A DNA stretch of 64,000 nt from an uncultured Gemmatimonadales bacterium (GCA_963783385.1 CAWANJ010000009.1:480001-544000); one strand, 5' to 3'; shown: positions 42,628-56,003, counted from the first letter of the stretch. The notes: generated by a model from the letters alone, not told the origin. Numbers and translations are program-made.

Positions 42628-44225
42628 CGGGCGGGGAACGCTGCGCCTCGTGTGGCGCCGAGGTCGGCCACACGCGCGACGGCCTGTGCCCGGAGTGCTG
42701 GTACGCGGCCCCCGAGCGTCCCAAGCCGGTCCGCGACCGGTTCGAGAAGCTTCGCGCCCTGGAGGCGGCCGGGTACGAGCCCTTCGCGTACGGCTTCGAG
42801 GTCACCGACAGCCTGCGGGGCGCCCGGGAGCGGCACGAGACGCGGTCGGCCGGAGCGCTCGACGACGAGCTGCGCGTGCGCGTGGCCGGCCGTCTCCTCT
42901 CGCTGCGCGACCTGGGCGGCAGCGCCTTCGCGCACCTGGGGGACCGGGACGGCAGGCTGCAGGTCTACTTCAAGCGGAACGTGCTGTCCGAACGCGACGT
43001 GGCCCTGCTCGATCTCCTGGACCTGGGCGATTGGATCGGGGTGTCCGGCCCGCTGTTCACGACACGGACCGGGGAGCTCACGGTCCGGGTCGAGGAGCTG
43101 ACCCTCCTCGCCAAGACGCTCCGGCCCCTGCCGCTCGGCAAGGAGGAGGTCACCGGGGAGGGCGAGAGGGTCGTGCACGGCGGATTCTCCGACCGGGAGT
43201 CCCGCTACCGGCAGCGCTACGCGGACCTGGCCGTGAATCCGGAGGTGCGCCGCATCTTCGCGCTCCGCACGCGCATCGTCTCCGGTCTGCGGGCCTTCCT
43301 GGACGCGCGCGGCTTCCTCGAGGTGGAGACGCCCATCCTCCAGCCCCTGTACGGCGGGGCGGCGGCGCGCCCGTTCACCACGCACCACCACGCCCTCGAC
43401 ACGACGCTCTACCTCCGCATCGCCGACGAGCTCTACCTCAAGCGCCTCCTGGTCGGCAACCTCGAGCGCGTCTACGAGATCGGAAAGGACTTCCGAAACG
43501 AGAGCATCGACCGGACCCACAATCCCGAGTTCACGATGCTCGAGCTCTACCAGGCGCTGGCCGACTACCGGACCATGATGGAGCTCACGGAGGAGATGGT
43601 GACCACGGTCGTCGGGGAGGCGTGCGGGACGCTCCGACTGTCCTGGGAGGGCCGCGAGGTGGACCTCACGGCCCCGTGGCGGCGCGTCCCCTACCGGGAG
43701 CTTGTGCTCGAGGAGACGGGGGTGGACATCGCCTCCGCCACCGACGAGGAGCTCCGCCGGGCCGCACGGGAGGCGGGCCGGGACGACGCCGGATCCCTGA
43801 GCCGGCCCGCGCTCGTCGATACGCTGTTCTCGGCGAGGGTCGAGCCCGGGCTGGTGGCGCCGACCATCGTCTACGACTACCCGATCGAGATGAGTCCCTT
43901 CGCCAAGCCCAAGCGGGGGGAGCCGTCCATGGCCGAGCGCTTCGAGGTCGTGGTCGGCGGTCACGAGCTGGTCAACGCGTTCAGCGAGCTCAACGACCCG
44001 GTGGACCAGTGGCGCCGCTTCGCCGATCAGGCCGCCCGCCGGGAGGCCGGCGAGGAGGAGGCGCAGGGGTTCGACGAGGATTACCTGCGTGCCCTGGAGT
44101 ACGGCCTGCCGCCGACCGGCGGACTGGGCATGGGCATCGATCGCCTCGTTATGCTGGCCGCCGGTCAGGATGCCATCCGCGAGGTCATCCTCTACCCGAT
44201 CCTCCGGCCGGGGGAAGGAGCGTGA
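42624..44225 (+). CDS. lysS: lysine--tRNA ligase (class II) with N-terminal CxxC...CxxC extension
   Basis: RYRQRYADL, YGGAAARPF, FRNE..D.THNPEF, YGLPPTGGLGMGIDRL. Confidence 0.96.
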   Translation: MTGGERCASCGAEVGHTRDGLCPECWYAAPERPKPVRDRFEKLRALEAAGYEPFAYGFEVTDSLRGARERHETRSAGALDDELRVRVAGRLLSLRDLGGSAFAHLGDRDGRLQVYFKRNVLSERDVALLDLLDLGDWIGVSGPLFTTRTGELTVRVEELTLLAKTLRPLPLGKEEVTGEGERVVHGGFSDRESRYRQRYADLAVNPEVRRIFALRTRIVSGLRAFLDARGFLEVETPILQPLYGGAAARPFTTHHHALDTTLYLRIADELYLKRLLVGNLERVYEIGKDFRNESIDRTHNPEFTMLELYQALADYRTMMELTEEMVTTVVGEACGTLRLSWEGREVDLTAPWRRVPYRELVLEETGVDIASATDEELRRAAREAGRDDAGSLSRPALVDTLFSARVEPGLVAPTIVYDYPIEMSPFAKPKRGEPSMAERFEVVVGGHELVNAFSELNDPVDQWRRFADQAARREAGEEEAQGFDEDYLRALEYGLPPTGGLGMGIDRLVMLAAGQDAIREVILYPILRPGEGA

Positions 44226-44232
44226 ACGTCTC

Positions 44233-45495
44233 GTGAGCCGCACCCCGCGCGGCTCCCTCGCGCTCGAGTGGTTCGTGGCCGGCCGGTACCTCTCCAGCCG
44301 GAAGGGACGCGGCTTCCTCTCGCTCATCACGCTCATCGCCATCGGGGGCGTCACGGTCGGCGTCATGGCCCTGCTGATCGTCATCGGCGTCATGAGCGGC
44401 CTGCAGCACGATCTGCAGCGCAAGATCCTGGGCTCCAACCCGCACGGCATCGTGCTCCAGATCGGCGAGGACGTGCGCATGGACGACTGGCAGCAAGTGC
44501 TGGAGCGCGTGCGCCGGGATCCCGCCGTCACCGTCGCGGAGCCCTTCATCTACACGGAGGTGGGCCTCAACGCCGGCGGAGACTACAGCGAGGGCGCGGT
44601 CCTGCGGGGCGTTCCGTCGGACTCGGCCGCGACCCGGATCGCGGGGCTCCGCAAGCACCTCGTGTCGGGCACCATGCCGTTCGGCAAGACCGACTCGGGT
44701 CATCCCGGGATCATCGTCGGCCGCCGGCTGGCCGACCGCCTCGGCCTGTACCCGGGCAAGTTGGTGACGGTGGTCTCGTTCCAGAACGCCAAGCTCACGG
44801 CGACCGGGTTCATGCCGCAGCTCCGGCGCTTCGAGGTCACGGGCATCTTCGAGACGGGCCTGTACCAGTACGACACCAAGTTCACCTACACCTCGCTCTC
44901 GGCCGCGCAGAACCTGCTCGGCATGGGCTCGTCCGTCACGGGCGTGGAGTTCAACGTCGCCGATCCGTGGCACGCCGACGTGGTCGCCGCTCGCCTGCAG
45001 AAGGAGCTGGACTACCCATACAAGGTCGACGACTGGCAGGACCAGAACGCCTCCCTGTTCTCGGCCCTCAAGCTCGAGAAGCTGGCCATGGCGGTGATCC
45101 TGCTCCTCATCGTCCTGGTGGCGGCGTTCAACATCGTCTCGACGCTCATCATGGTGGTCACGGACAAGACGAGGGAGATCGGAATCCTGCGCTCCATGGG
45201 GATCACGGGCCGCGGCATCCAGCGCATCTTCATGATGCAGGGGACGGTCATCGGCCTGGTGGGGACGGTGATCGGAGGGAGCCTGGGCGGCCTCCTCTCG
45301 TGGCTCGTGGCCCGCTACCAGTTCATCACCCTGCCGGGCGACGTGTACTTCGTGGACCACCTCCCGGTCGAGCTCACCCTCTGGGACGTGGGCCTCATCC
45401 TGGGCGCCTCGCTCCTCATCTCCTTCCTGGCCACTTTATATCCGGCGCGTCAGGCCGCCCGGCTCACGCCGGTCGAGGCCATCCGCCATGAGTGA
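44233..45495 (+). CDS. lolE: lipoprotein-releasing ABC permease LolC/E
   Basis: RYL..RKG.GFLS.I, LFSALKLEK, AAFNIVSTL, YPARQAARL.PVEAIRHE. Confidence 0.9.
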   Translation: MSRTPRGSLALEWFVAGRYLSSRKGRGFLSLITLIAIGGVTVGVMALLIVIGVMSGLQHDLQRKILGSNPHGIVLQIGEDVRMDDWQQVLERVRRDPAVTVAEPFIYTEVGLNAGGDYSEGAVLRGVPSDSAATRIAGLRKHLVSGTMPFGKTDSGHPGIIVGRRLADRLGLYPGKLVTVVSFQNAKLTATGFMPQLRRFEVTGIFETGLYQYDTKFTYTSLSAAQNLLGMGSSVTGVEFNVADPWHADVVAARLQKELDYPYKVDDWQDQNASLFSALKLEKLAMAVILLLIVLVAAFNIVSTLIMVVTDKTREIGILRSMGITGRGIQRIFMMQGTVIGLVGTVIGGSLGGLLSWLVARYQFITLPGDVYFVDHLPVELTLWDVGLILGASLLISFLATLYPARQAARLTPVEAIRHE

Positions 45496-46228
45496 GGGGA
45501 CGGGGCGGCCGGGAACCCGGGCCGCGAAGCCGACCGGTTCCGTCGTCGAGGCCCGGGACCTCTACAGGACCTTCAGCGACGTCGAGGACCGCGAGATCCA
45601 CGTGCTCCGGGGCCTCGACCTGACGCTCGCGCCCGGCGAGACTGTGGCGATCGTCGGACCCAGCGGGGCGGGAAAGTCGACCCTCCTGCACCTGCTTGGG
45701 GGGCTGGACCGACCCACCTCCGGCTCCATTGTCCTGCGAGGCCGACCCATCGAGGGTCTGCCGGATGAGGAGATGGCGGAGCTGCGGAATCAGTTCGTAG
45801 GATTCGTCTTCCAGTTCCACCACCTCCTGCGGGACTTCACGGCCCTCGAGAACGTCATGGTCCCCCAGCTCATCGCGGGCGCCAGCCGCGCGGCCGCGGC
45901 GGACCGTGCACGGGAGCTGCTCGGCCAGGTGGGTCTCGAGGAGCGCACGGGCCACCGGCCGGCCGAGCTCTCCGGCGGGGAACAGCAGCGCGTGGCGGTC
46001 GCCCGGGCACTGGCCAACGAACCTCCGCTCTTGCTGGCCGATGAGCCCTCGGGTAACCTGGACGTGTCCACGAGTGAACGCCTGCACGATCTCCTGTTCA
46101 GCCTCGTCGAGCGGCACGGGAGCGCGTTCGCGGTGGTGACCCACAACCGTCGTCTCGCCGAGCGCGCGTCCCACACGCTCGAGCTGGCGGATGGCAGGTT
46201 GCGCCCGGTGGACGGGGACGGCGGCTGA
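45488..46228 (+). CDS. lolD: lipoprotein-releasing ABC ATPase LolD
   Basis: GPSGAGKST, GFVFQFHHLL, LSGGEQQRVA, DEPSGNLD. Confidence 0.92.
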   Translation: MSEGTGRPGTRAAKPTGSVVEARDLYRTFSDVEDREIHVLRGLDLTLAPGETVAIVGPSGAGKSTLLHLLGGLDRPTSGSIVLRGRPIEGLPDEEMAELRNQFVGFVFQFHHLLRDFTALENVMVPQLIAGASRAAAADRARELLGQVGLEERTGHRPAELSGGEQQRVAVARALANEPPLLLADEPSGNLDVSTSERLHDLLFSLVERHGSAFAVVTHNRRLAERASHTLELADGRLRPVDGDGG

Positions 46229-46372
46229 GGCCGGCCACTGCCGGCGGGGTCAGGGGGAGGAGGACGGGCGGATCCGCGGGGCCGCGCCTGCGTATCAACG
46301 GGCGGGAGCAGATGAGGGTGGGCGAGATCGCTTGGCCCCATTCTCCGGAGCGGGTCCTGAAGCGGAGACGGC

Positions 46373-46879
46373 ATGCGCTGCGACAACTGCGGCGAGCGCG
46401 AGGCGGAGATCCACCTCACGCAGATCGTGGACAGTGAGCTCACCACGCTGCATCTGTGCAGCGAGTGCGCCGGAGAGAAGGGCGTGCCGATGCAGGTGGG
46501 CCTCGGATCGGCGCCCCTGACCGACTTCCTCGCCCAGATGGAGAAGGGCGCCGCCGACTCGGCGCTCGCCGTCGAGAGCGAGGCGTGCCCCTACTGCGGC
46601 ACCACCGCGGCGGACTTTCGGCGCACGGGTCGCCTCGGCTGCTCCCAGTGCTGGGTCCACTTCGAGCCCAAGCTGCGTTCGCTCCTCCGCCGCATCCACG
46701 GATCCACGCAGCACGTCGGCAAGCTCTACCTCGGCGCGGGCGAAGAGGAGGTCGGCGTGGACGCCGACGCCCGGATCGGCACCCTGCGCCGGCGACTCGA
46801 GCGGGCCATCGAGCTCGAGGACTTCGAGACAGCCGCGGACCTTCGGGACCGCATCCACGAGCTGGAGTCGGTGGAGTGA
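46373..46879 (+). CDS. mcsA: McsA, protein-arginine kinase activator
   Basis: four CxxC motifs, GRLGCSQC, HVGK, C-terminal UVR domain. Confidence 0.93.
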   Translation: MRCDNCGEREAEIHLTQIVDSELTTLHLCSECAGEKGVPMQVGLGSAPLTDFLAQMEKGAADSALAVESEACPYCGTTAADFRRTGRLGCSQCWVHFEPKLRSLLRRIHGSTQHVGKLYLGAGEEEVGVDADARIGTLRRRLERAIELEDFETAADLRDRIHELESVE

Positions 46880-48018
46880 TGGAAGACGCCGACGCGGTTC
46901 GGGATCGCGGCATCGACTGGCTGGCCGGCGGCGGGCCCGATCACGAGGTCGTGCTCTCCACGCGTGTGCGGGTGGCGCGCAACCTCCAGGGATTTCCCTT
47001 CTCGATCCGGGCCGGCGTGGACGACCGCCGCCGTGTGCTCGCCCGGGTGCGGAGCGCGCTCGAGGGCGGAACGAGCCTCGTCGAGCCCGAGCTGCTCGAG
47101 ATGGAGAGCCTCGACTCCGGTCAGCGCCGTCTCCTGCTCGAGCGCCACCTGGTCAGCCGCGACCTCATCGGCAACCCCGATGAGGTCGCACCGCCCGGCG
47201 CGGCGCTCGTCCTCGAGGGCCGGCGCGCCCTGGGTCTCATGATCAACGAGGAGGACCACCTCCGGGCCCAGACGCTGCTGAACGGCCTGCAGCTCGTGCA
47301 GGCCTGGCAGGAGGTGAGCCGCCTGGACGAGGAGCTCGGGGGACGTCTGCCGTACGCCTTCCATCACGAGTTCGGGTTCCTCACCTCCTGTCCGACCAAC
47401 GTCGGCACGGGACTGCGGGCGTCCGTGCTCATCCACCTGCCCGGTCTCGTCCTCACCAAGGAGATCCGCAAGGTCCTGCAGGGCATTTCGCAGGTGGGCC
47501 TGACCTACCGGGGGCTGTACGGCGAAGGCTCCGAGGTCGTGGGGAATTTCTTCCAGATCTCCAACCAGACCACGCTGGGGAAGAGCGAGGAGGAGCTCAT
47601 CGACCACCTGGCCCGGATCGTGGGCCAGGTGATTCAGTACGAGAAGCAGGCCCGGGCCATCCTGCTCCGCGAGGCCCCGACCGTGCTCGAAGACAAGGTG
47701 GGGCGCGCCTACGGCATCCTGAGCCACGCCTATACCCTGCCGTTCGACGAGATGATGAACCTGATCTCCGGCCTGCGGCTGGGCCTCACGCTGAAACTTC
47801 TCCGAACACCTCGGGTAGAGACGCTCAACAGGGTCATGATCTTCGGCCAGACCGCCCACCTCGAGCGCATGGCGGGTCGGTCGCTCGATGACGCGGACGC
47901 GGACGTGCACCGGGCCGCGTTCGTCCGAAGGGCCCTGGCGGAGGACGAGGAGGCCGCCCGGAGCGCGGGTCCCGAACGGGACCTTCCGGCGGGGACGGAT
48001 GGCGACGATGAGCGGTGA
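46879..48018 (+). CDS. mcsB: protein-arginine kinase McsB
   Basis: STRVRVARN, MINEEDHLR, TSCPTNVGTGLRAS, FQISNQTTLG. Confidence 0.95.
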   Translation: MEDADAVRDRGIDWLAGGGPDHEVVLSTRVRVARNLQGFPFSIRAGVDDRRRVLARVRSALEGGTSLVEPELLEMESLDSGQRRLLLERHLVSRDLIGNPDEVAPPGAALVLEGRRALGLMINEEDHLRAQTLLNGLQLVQAWQEVSRLDEELGGRLPYAFHHEFGFLTSCPTNVGTGLRASVLIHLPGLVLTKEIRKVLQGISQVGLTYRGLYGEGSEVVGNFFQISNQTTLGKSEEELIDHLARIVGQVIQYEKQARAILLREAPTVLEDKVGRAYGILSHAYTLPFDEMMNLISGLRLGLTLKLLRTPRVETLNRVMIFGQTAHLERMAGRSLDDADADVHRAAFVRRALAEDEEAARSAGPERDLPAGTDGDDER

Positions 48019-48054
48019 GGCGGTCGGCTCGACACTTCCCTTGCTGAGGCCCGC

Positions 48055-50529
48055 ATGAACTACAATTTCACGGACCGGGTGCGGAAGGTCCTCGCCATGG
48101 CGCGGGAGGAGGCCATCCGCCTGCAGCACGACTACGTCGGGACGGAGCACGTCCTCCTGGGACTCATCCGCGAGGGGGAGGGCGTGGCCGCGGCCGTGCT
48201 CACGAACCTGGCCGCGGACCTCGACGAGATCCAGCGGCTGGTCGAGCAGCACGTGCGCAAGGGCAAGTCGACGGCCACGATCGGCGAACTCCCCTATACG
48301 TCGCGGGCCAAGAAGGTCCTCGAGTACGCCATGGCCGAGGCCCGCGAGCTCAACCACAGCTACGTCGGGACCGAGCACCTGCTGCTCGGCCTCCTCCGGG
48401 AGGAGAAGGGGCTGGCGGCCAAGGTGCTGGGCGAGCTCGGCATCGGGCTCGAAGACGCGCGCTCCGAAACCCTGAAGCTCCTCGGTACCGAGATGCCCAG
48501 CTCAGGCTCCAGCAGTCCATCGTCGGGTGCGAATCCCGCCAAGGGGGAGAAGAAGTCCAAGACGCCGGCGCTGGACCACTTCTGCCGCGACCTCACGCAG
48601 CTCGCGGACGAGGGCAAGCTCGACCCGACCATCGGCCGCGAAGCCGAGATCGAGCGGGTGATGGAGGTCCTCTCCCGGCGAAAGAAGAACAACCCCGTGC
48701 TCATCGGGGAGCCGGGCGTCGGGAAGACGGCCATCGTGGAGGGCCTCGCCCAGCGCATCGTGCGCGGCGACGTTCCGGACAGCCTCAAGGACCACCGGGT
48801 CCTCGCGCTCGACATGGCCGCCGTGATCGCGGGTACCAAGTACCGCGGGCAGTTCGAGGAGCGCCTCAAGGCCATCGTGAACGAGATCTCCCAGAACGAC
48901 GGGATCATCCTGTTCATCGACGAGCTCCACACGCTGGTCGGCGCGGGAGCCGCCGAGGGAGCCATCGATGCGTCCAACATGCTCAAGCCCGCCCTGGCGA
49001 GGGGAGAGCTCCAGTGCGTGGGCGCCTCGACCCTGAACGAGTATCGCAAGCACATTGAGAAGGACGGCGCGCTCGAGCGGCGCTTCCAGACCGTGATCGT
49101 CGAGGCGCCGACGGTCGACGAGACGATCGAGATCCTAAAGGGGCTCCGGAAGCACTACGAGGAGCACCACCGGGTGGTGATCCCCGACGAGTCGCTGGTG
49201 GCTTCGAGCCGGCTGTCCGAGCGCTACATCACCGACAGGTTCCTGCCCGACAAGGCCATCGACGTGGTCGACGAGGCCGGAGCGCGCGCGCGGCTCGGGG
49301 CGCAGGTGCCGCCTCCCGAGGTGCAGCAGCTCCAGGAGGAGGTCGACGCGCTGGCGGATCGCAAGGACGAGGCGATCCGGGACCAGGACTTCGAGCGAGC
49401 CGCCGAGCTGCGCGACCGCGAGAAGGAGATCCAGGAGGAGATCAAGCGACGCCGCGAGGAGTGGGAGAAGCAGCGGCGCGAGCATCGGCCCGTGGTGGAC
49501 GAGGAGGATATCGCGTTCATCGTCTCCCGGTGGACGGGGATTCCCGTCATGCGCCTGCGCGAGACGGAGACCGAGAGACTCCTCCGCATGGAGGAGGAGC
49601 TGCACGAGACGGTCGTGGGCCAGGACGAGGCCATCAACGCGATCAGCCGGGCCATCCGCCGCAGCCGCGCCGGCCTCAAGGACCCGCGCCGCCCGATCGG
49701 CAGCTTCGTGTTCTGCGGCCCCACCGGGGTCGGGAAGACGGAGCTGGCGCGCTCGCTCGCGCGCTTCCTGTTCGCCGATGAGCAGGCGCTCATCCGCGTG
49801 GACATGTCCGAGTACATGGAGAAGTTCTCGGTCAGCCGCCTGATCGGGGCTCCCCCGGGTTACGTGGGTTACGAGGACAGCGGCGTCCTCACCAAGGCCG
49901 TGCGTCGCCGTCCTTACAGCGTGGTGCTGCTCGACGAGATCGAGAAGGCGCACCCGGACGTGTTCAACATCCTCCTCCAGGTGCTGGACGACGGGCAGCT
50001 CACGGACAACTACGGTCGGATCATCGACTTCAAGAACACCGTCATCATCATGACCTCGAACGTCGGAGCCCGGGACATCACCTCCACTTCCAGCCTCGGC
50101 TTCCACGCCGAGGAGGGGATGGGGTACGAGCGCATCAAGGAGCGCGTGCAGGAGGAGATCGAGCGCACCTTCGCCCCCGAGTTCCTCAACCGGCTCGACG
50201 AGGTGATCGTGTTCCATCCGCTCGACCGCGAGCAGATCGGCAAGATCGTCCACATCCAGCTCCGCGACGTCGAGAAGCGACTGGCCGAGGAGAAGCTGTC
50301 GCTGAAGCTCACCGACGCCGCGGTGCGGTTCCTGGTCGATCACGGCTACGACGAGAAGTTCGGTGCGCGGCCGCTGAAGCGGACGATCCAGCGCTACATC
50401 GAGGATCCGCTCTCGGAGAAGATCCTCATGGCCGAGTTCGCCCCTGGGGACGATATCCAGGTCGAGGTCTCGGAGGAGGACCCGGAGTTGCTGGCGTTCG
50501 GGGCCGCGTCCCCGTCATCGGCCACGTGA
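48055..50529 (+). CDS. clpC: ATP-dependent Clp protease ATPase ClpC
   Basis: Clp-N repeats, two AAA modules, UVR middle domain, LGF ClpP-binding loop. Confidence 0.96.
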   Translation: MNYNFTDRVRKVLAMAREEAIRLQHDYVGTEHVLLGLIREGEGVAAAVLTNLAADLDEIQRLVEQHVRKGKSTATIGELPYTSRAKKVLEYAMAEARELNHSYVGTEHLLLGLLREEKGLAAKVLGELGIGLEDARSETLKLLGTEMPSSGSSSPSSGANPAKGEKKSKTPALDHFCRDLTQLADEGKLDPTIGREAEIERVMEVLSRRKKNNPVLIGEPGVGKTAIVEGLAQRIVRGDVPDSLKDHRVLALDMAAVIAGTKYRGQFEERLKAIVNEISQNDGIILFIDELHTLVGAGAAEGAIDASNMLKPALARGELQCVGASTLNEYRKHIEKDGALERRFQTVIVEAPTVDETIEILKGLRKHYEEHHRVVIPDESLVASSRLSERYITDRFLPDKAIDVVDEAGARARLGAQVPPPEVQQLQEEVDALADRKDEAIRDQDFERAAELRDREKEIQEEIKRRREEWEKQRREHRPVVDEEDIAFIVSRWTGIPVMRLRETETERLLRMEEELHETVVGQDEAINAISRAIRRSRAGLKDPRRPIGSFVFCGPTGVGKTELARSLARFLFADEQALIRVDMSEYMEKFSVSRLIGAPPGYVGYEDSGVLTKAVRRRPYSVVLLDEIEKAHPDVFNILLQVLDDGQLTDNYGRIIDFKNTVIIMTSNVGARDITSTSSLGFHAEEGMGYERIKERVQEEIERTFAPEFLNRLDEVIVFHPLDREQIGKIVHIQLRDVEKRLAEEKLSLKLTDAAVRFLVDHGYDEKFGARPLKRTIQRYIEDPLSEKILMAEFAPGDDIQVEVSEEDPELLAFGAASPSSAT

Positions 50530-52928
50530 TTCGGCGGCTCCTAGTCGCGATCCTCGCGGTCGCAGCCCTGGCCGGAGCGCCCCGGAGCCTCTTCGCTCAG
50601 CAGGACACGGCGGCGAGCAACGTCGTCGTCGACAGCATCATCGTCCATGGGAACCATCGGGTCAGCGACACCCGGGTCATCGAGCTCAGCCACCTTCGCA
50701 AGGGTGAGTCGGTCTCCTTTCCCACCATCCAGGGCGCGATCCATCGCCTGTACGCCTCGGGGCAGTTCTCCAACGTCTCGATCAGCGTGACCCCGGGCAG
50801 CCCGGCCATCTTCTTCATCGACGTCGTGGAGCGGCCCGTGGTGGCCGAATACGCCTTCGAGGGCCTGCAGCACGTGTCCCCCGGCACGGTCCGCGACACC
50901 GCCGGTCTCGTGAACGGCGAGCCGCTGGATCCGGCCAGGATCTCGCGTGCCGAGGAGATGCTCGGTCATCTGCTCTCCAAAGCGGGGTTTCCAAGGCCCC
51001 GCATCGACACGGCCATGGTCGTGGCTCCAGGCGGCTACCGCCTCGTGTTCAGGGTGGACGAGGGCCCCCGGCTGGCGATCACGAGCATCTCCTTCGAGGG
51101 CGATTCCTCCTTCAGCGACGCGCAGCTCCGGAGCGCGATGTCGACCGGCCAGGAGGGTTTCCTGTGGCTCCACACGGGAGAGTTCCGCCACGACGAGTTC
51201 GAGAAGGACCTGCGCGAGCGCCTCCCCGCCTTCTATGCCGAGCACGGCTACATCGACATGAGCGTCGCGGGCGACACGGTCATCGTGGACCCGCGCACCG
51301 GCAAGGGCCGCATCGTCGTCAAGGTGGACGAGGGTCCGCAGTACCGGCTGGCCGAGTTCGACGTGCACGGCAACCGGCGCTTCCCGACCGGAGCGCTCAT
51401 GAGCCGCTTCCGGCCGGCCGACGCCACACCGCTCGACAGCCTGCCCAGAGACGAGCTGCCGCCGTTCGATCAGAGCGCCTTCAATGACGCCACCGGCAAG
51501 ATCGGAGACCTGTACCGAAACACGGGCTACCTGCGGGCGGAGGTGCAGCCCTCCGTGCAGCGCATTCCCCCGTCCAGGTCCGGAGGGGCCCACCTGGTGA
51601 AGGCGGTGTGGAACATCACCGAGGGCGAGCCGGCCTACGTGCACAAGGTGACGATCACCGGCAACACCTACACCCACGATTACGTCATCCGGCAGCGGCT
51701 CGGCTTGCTCCCGGGAGACATCTACTCGCAGGAACGGCTGATCCAGAGCGTCAAGAACATCCAGTCGATGGGATTCTTCGAGGCGCTTCCGCCCCAGCAG
51801 GCCGTGAACATCCAGCCGCTGGACAACGGAGACGTCGACATCACGCTCAAGGTCAAGGAGAAGCAGACCGGGAACCTGAACTTCGGAGCGTCGGCGTCGG
51901 CCGTCACCGGGCTGGCCGGCTTCATCGGCTACGACCAGCCGAACCTGTTCGGGGAGGCCAAGAGCGGGCACTTCCGCTGGCTGTTCGGCGGGCGCACACA
52001 GGATCTGGAGCTCGGATACCAGGACCCATCCGTGAGGGGCTCCAGGTATTCGGCTTCGGTCCAGCTACGCCATTCGCGGGACATCTATACGACCTACAAC
52101 CTGGGCCAGCGTCGCCAGACCGGAGGTTCGCTCGAGGTCGGCCTTCCGGTGCTGGGACTCCGGGGCACGCGCCTGTTCGCGGGCTACTCGCTGTTCCGGG
52201 ACGAGACCCGGGACCTGCAGCTCGTGGGACTGACGCCGCAGCAGGCGAACATCCTGCTCAACGGTACTCGCAGCACGATCAGCCTCCGGCTGGTGCGGGA
52301 CACGCGTCAGGGAGGCCTGTTCCCCGTGGCGGGCAGCCGCAACGAGATCGACGCCGCGTTCACCGGCGGGCCCCTCGGGGGCGCTGGCCGGTACGGCAAG
52401 TATACGGTGGAGAGCTCGTGGTTCGTGCCGGTCGCGGCAATCGGTGGCGGGCTCAACTCCCAGCCGATCCAGTTCACGGCCGGCCTCATCTTCCGGGGCG
52501 GGGTCATCCTCGGTGACAACCCCTTCTTCCGGGAGCGCTTCCTGATGGGAGGGGTGCAGGTCGGCGAGCAGCTGCGCGGCTACTCGGAGGGAACCGTCAC
52601 ACCCTACGGCCACGTGCCGCAGAACTCCACGAGCTTTGCGACCATCGACCGGGCCGGCGAGTCGTTCTTCGGCAGCACGGCACAGTTCGGCGTCAAGCTG
52701 TCCGGGAGCCTGTTCGCCAATGCCTTCGTGGACGCGGGCAACGTCTGGAAGTCCGCCGCGGACATCAACCCGACCGACCTGCTCGTGGGAGCGGGCGTGG
52801 GGGTGAGCCTCGTGACGCCCTTCGGACCGCTCGGGATCGACTACGCCTACGGCTTCGATCGACGTGACGTGCTCGGACGGCCGAATCCGGGCTGGAAGCT
52901 CCATTTCAAGTTCGGCCGCATCTTCTGA
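50526..52928 (+). CDS. bamA: outer membrane protein assembly factor BamA
   Basis: signal peptide, POTRA repeats, LRGY motif, C-terminal F. Confidence 0.93.
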   Translation: MIRRLLVAILAVAALAGAPRSLFAQQDTAASNVVVDSIIVHGNHRVSDTRVIELSHLRKGESVSFPTIQGAIHRLYASGQFSNVSISVTPGSPAIFFIDVVERPVVAEYAFEGLQHVSPGTVRDTAGLVNGEPLDPARISRAEEMLGHLLSKAGFPRPRIDTAMVVAPGGYRLVFRVDEGPRLAITSISFEGDSSFSDAQLRSAMSTGQEGFLWLHTGEFRHDEFEKDLRERLPAFYAEHGYIDMSVAGDTVIVDPRTGKGRIVVKVDEGPQYRLAEFDVHGNRRFPTGALMSRFRPADATPLDSLPRDELPPFDQSAFNDATGKIGDLYRNTGYLRAEVQPSVQRIPPSRSGGAHLVKAVWNITEGEPAYVHKVTITGNTYTHDYVIRQRLGLLPGDIYSQERLIQSVKNIQSMGFFEALPPQQAVNIQPLDNGDVDITLKVKEKQTGNLNFGASASAVTGLAGFIGYDQPNLFGEAKSGHFRWLFGGRTQDLELGYQDPSVRGSRYSASVQLRHSRDIYTTYNLGQRRQTGGSLEVGLPVLGLRGTRLFAGYSLFRDETRDLQLVGLTPQQANILLNGTRSTISLRLVRDTRQGGLFPVAGSRNEIDAAFTGGPLGGAGRYGKYTVESSWFVPVAAIGGGLNSQPIQFTAGLIFRGGVILGDNPFFRERFLMGGVQVGEQLRGYSEGTVTPYGHVPQNSTSFATIDRAGESFFGSTAQFGVKLSGSLFANAFVDAGNVWKSAADINPTDLLVGAGVGVSLVTPFGPLGIDYAYGFDRRDVLGRPNPGWKLHFKFGRIF

Positions 52929-52959
52929 ACTCGAATCCGACGACCTGAGGAGTACGTTC

Positions 52960-53571
52960 ATGGAAGCAATGCATCGTGGACCGGCCCTGGCGCTGACCCT
53001 CGCTCTGGTCACCGTCGCTCCGCTCGCGGCGCAGTCCGGTGCCCCCGGGAAGGACTCCTCTTCGGCACCGCCTCCGGGGACCCAGTTCGTCTACATCAAC
53101 TCCCAGCAGCTCCTGCAGGCCACGCCGGGCGCGGACAAGGCACAGCAGCAGTGGAACCAGGAGCTCGGTAAGTACCGCTCCGAGGTGCAGTCTCTCGCCG
53201 CCCAGGTCGACTCGCTCGATCAGGCCTACCAGCGCCAGGAAGCCATGCTCAGCGACGCTGCCAAGACGAGAAAACAGCAGGAGATCCAGCAGAAGCGGCA
53301 GCAGCTTCAGCAGCGCACCCAGCAGCTGGAGCAGCAAGCCTCCCAGCGCCAGCAGCAGCTCCTGCAGCCCATCCTGAACAAGGTGCGGGGCGTCATCGAG
53401 CAGATCCGCAAAGAGCGGGGCTACACCATGGTGTTCGACGCGGCCGGCTCGGGACTCCTGGCCGCCGATCCGAAGCTGGACATCACGAACATGGTGATTC
53501 AGCGCCTGAAGGCCAGCGGCGACGCCGCGACGGGCGACTCGACCGCGTCGGGTGGAAGCGGCGGGCGCTGA
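52960..53571 (+). CDS. skp: Skp/OmpH chaperone
   Basis: signal peptide, Q-rich coiled coil, GYTMVFD...DIT..V. Confidence 0.88.
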   Translation: MEAMHRGPALALTLALVTVAPLAAQSGAPGKDSSSAPPPGTQFVYINSQQLLQATPGADKAQQQWNQELGKYRSEVQSLAAQVDSLDQAYQRQEAMLSDAAKTRKQQEIQQKRQQLQQRTQQLEQQASQRQQQLLQPILNKVRGVIEQIRKERGYTMVFDAAGSGLLAADPKLDITNMVIQRLKASGDAATGDSTASGGSGGR

Positions 53572-53640
53572 AGGCGGCCGCGTCCCGACTCGGTCCGGCT
53601 GGATGAAGGACCGCCGAGCACCCTGGCTCCGGAGGATCCT

Positions 53641-54692
53641 GTGAGCCGATACACGGTCGAGGAGCTGGCCGCCCGGGTCGACGGTCGAGTGGAGGGCGAT
53701 CCTTCCGCGGTCGTGACGGCCATCGCGCCCGTGGACGAGGCGGGCCCCGGCGACCTCACCTTCGTGAGCGACCGGCGCTACCGGCGCGCGCTGGCATCCA
53801 GCCGTCCCACGGCCGTCCTCGTCCCGGACGACCTGACCACCGACGGAGCGACGTCGGCGACCCTGATCCGCGTCCGAGACCCCCACGTCGCCCTCGGGCG
53901 CCTTCTCCCGCTGTTCTTTCCCGATCGCGTGGAGGCCGCGTCCGTCCCCGGCGTGCATGCGACGGCCGTCCTCGGCCGTGACGTGGAGCTCGGCGAGAGC
54001 GTGAGGATCGGTCCCCACGCCGTCCTCGAGGCGGGGTGCCACGTGGGACGCGACACCGTCGTCGAAGCCCAGGTGCACGTCGGTTCCGGAGCGATGATCG
54101 GGGAGGCATGCCGACTGGGACAGGGATGCTCGGTCCTCGGGGCCGTCCGCATGGGGGACCGCGTCCACGTCCACCCGGGAGCGCGGCTGGGCACCGAAGG
54201 CTACGGATTCGGGGTGGACGGGGGCCGTCCGGTGAAGATCCCCCAGGTGGGCCAATGCCTCGTCGGGGACGACGTCGAGATCGGTGCCAACACCACGGTC
54301 GACCGGGGCGCCCTCGGCGACACGGTCATCGGCGCCGGGACCAAGATCGACAACCTGGTCCATATCGGACACAACGTCCGGATTGGAGAGAACTGCATGA
54401 TCGTGGCGCAGGTGGGCGTGGCCGGCAGCGTGGAGATCGGGACGGGCGTCCAGCTGGCCGGCCAGGCCGGCATCGCGGGGCACCTCTCCATCGGTGACGG
54501 GGCGAGGATCGCGGCGCAGGCGGGCGTGATCGGCGATGTTCCTCCCGGCGCCACGTACTCCGGCTACCCCGCCCGCCCCCACCACGAAGCCATGCGTGCG
54601 AGCGCGGCGCTCTTCCGGCTTCCCGATCTCCTGCAGCGAATGCGCAGACTCGGAGAGGACCGCGGCACGGACTCGAAGGAGGCGGAGGACGC

Positions 54693-54696
<4 letters not shown>
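53641..54696 (+). CDS. lpxD: UDP-3-O-acylglucosamine N-acyltransferase
   Basis: hexapeptide repeats, GYGF, EIGANTTVDRG, KIDNLVHIGHN. Confidence 0.95.

Positions 54697-55999
<1,303 letters not shown>

Positions 56000-56003
<4 letters not shown>

Noticed and set aside
53270-53365. CAG-rich tandem repeats
   Set aside because: they encode the Gln-rich coiled coil of Skp
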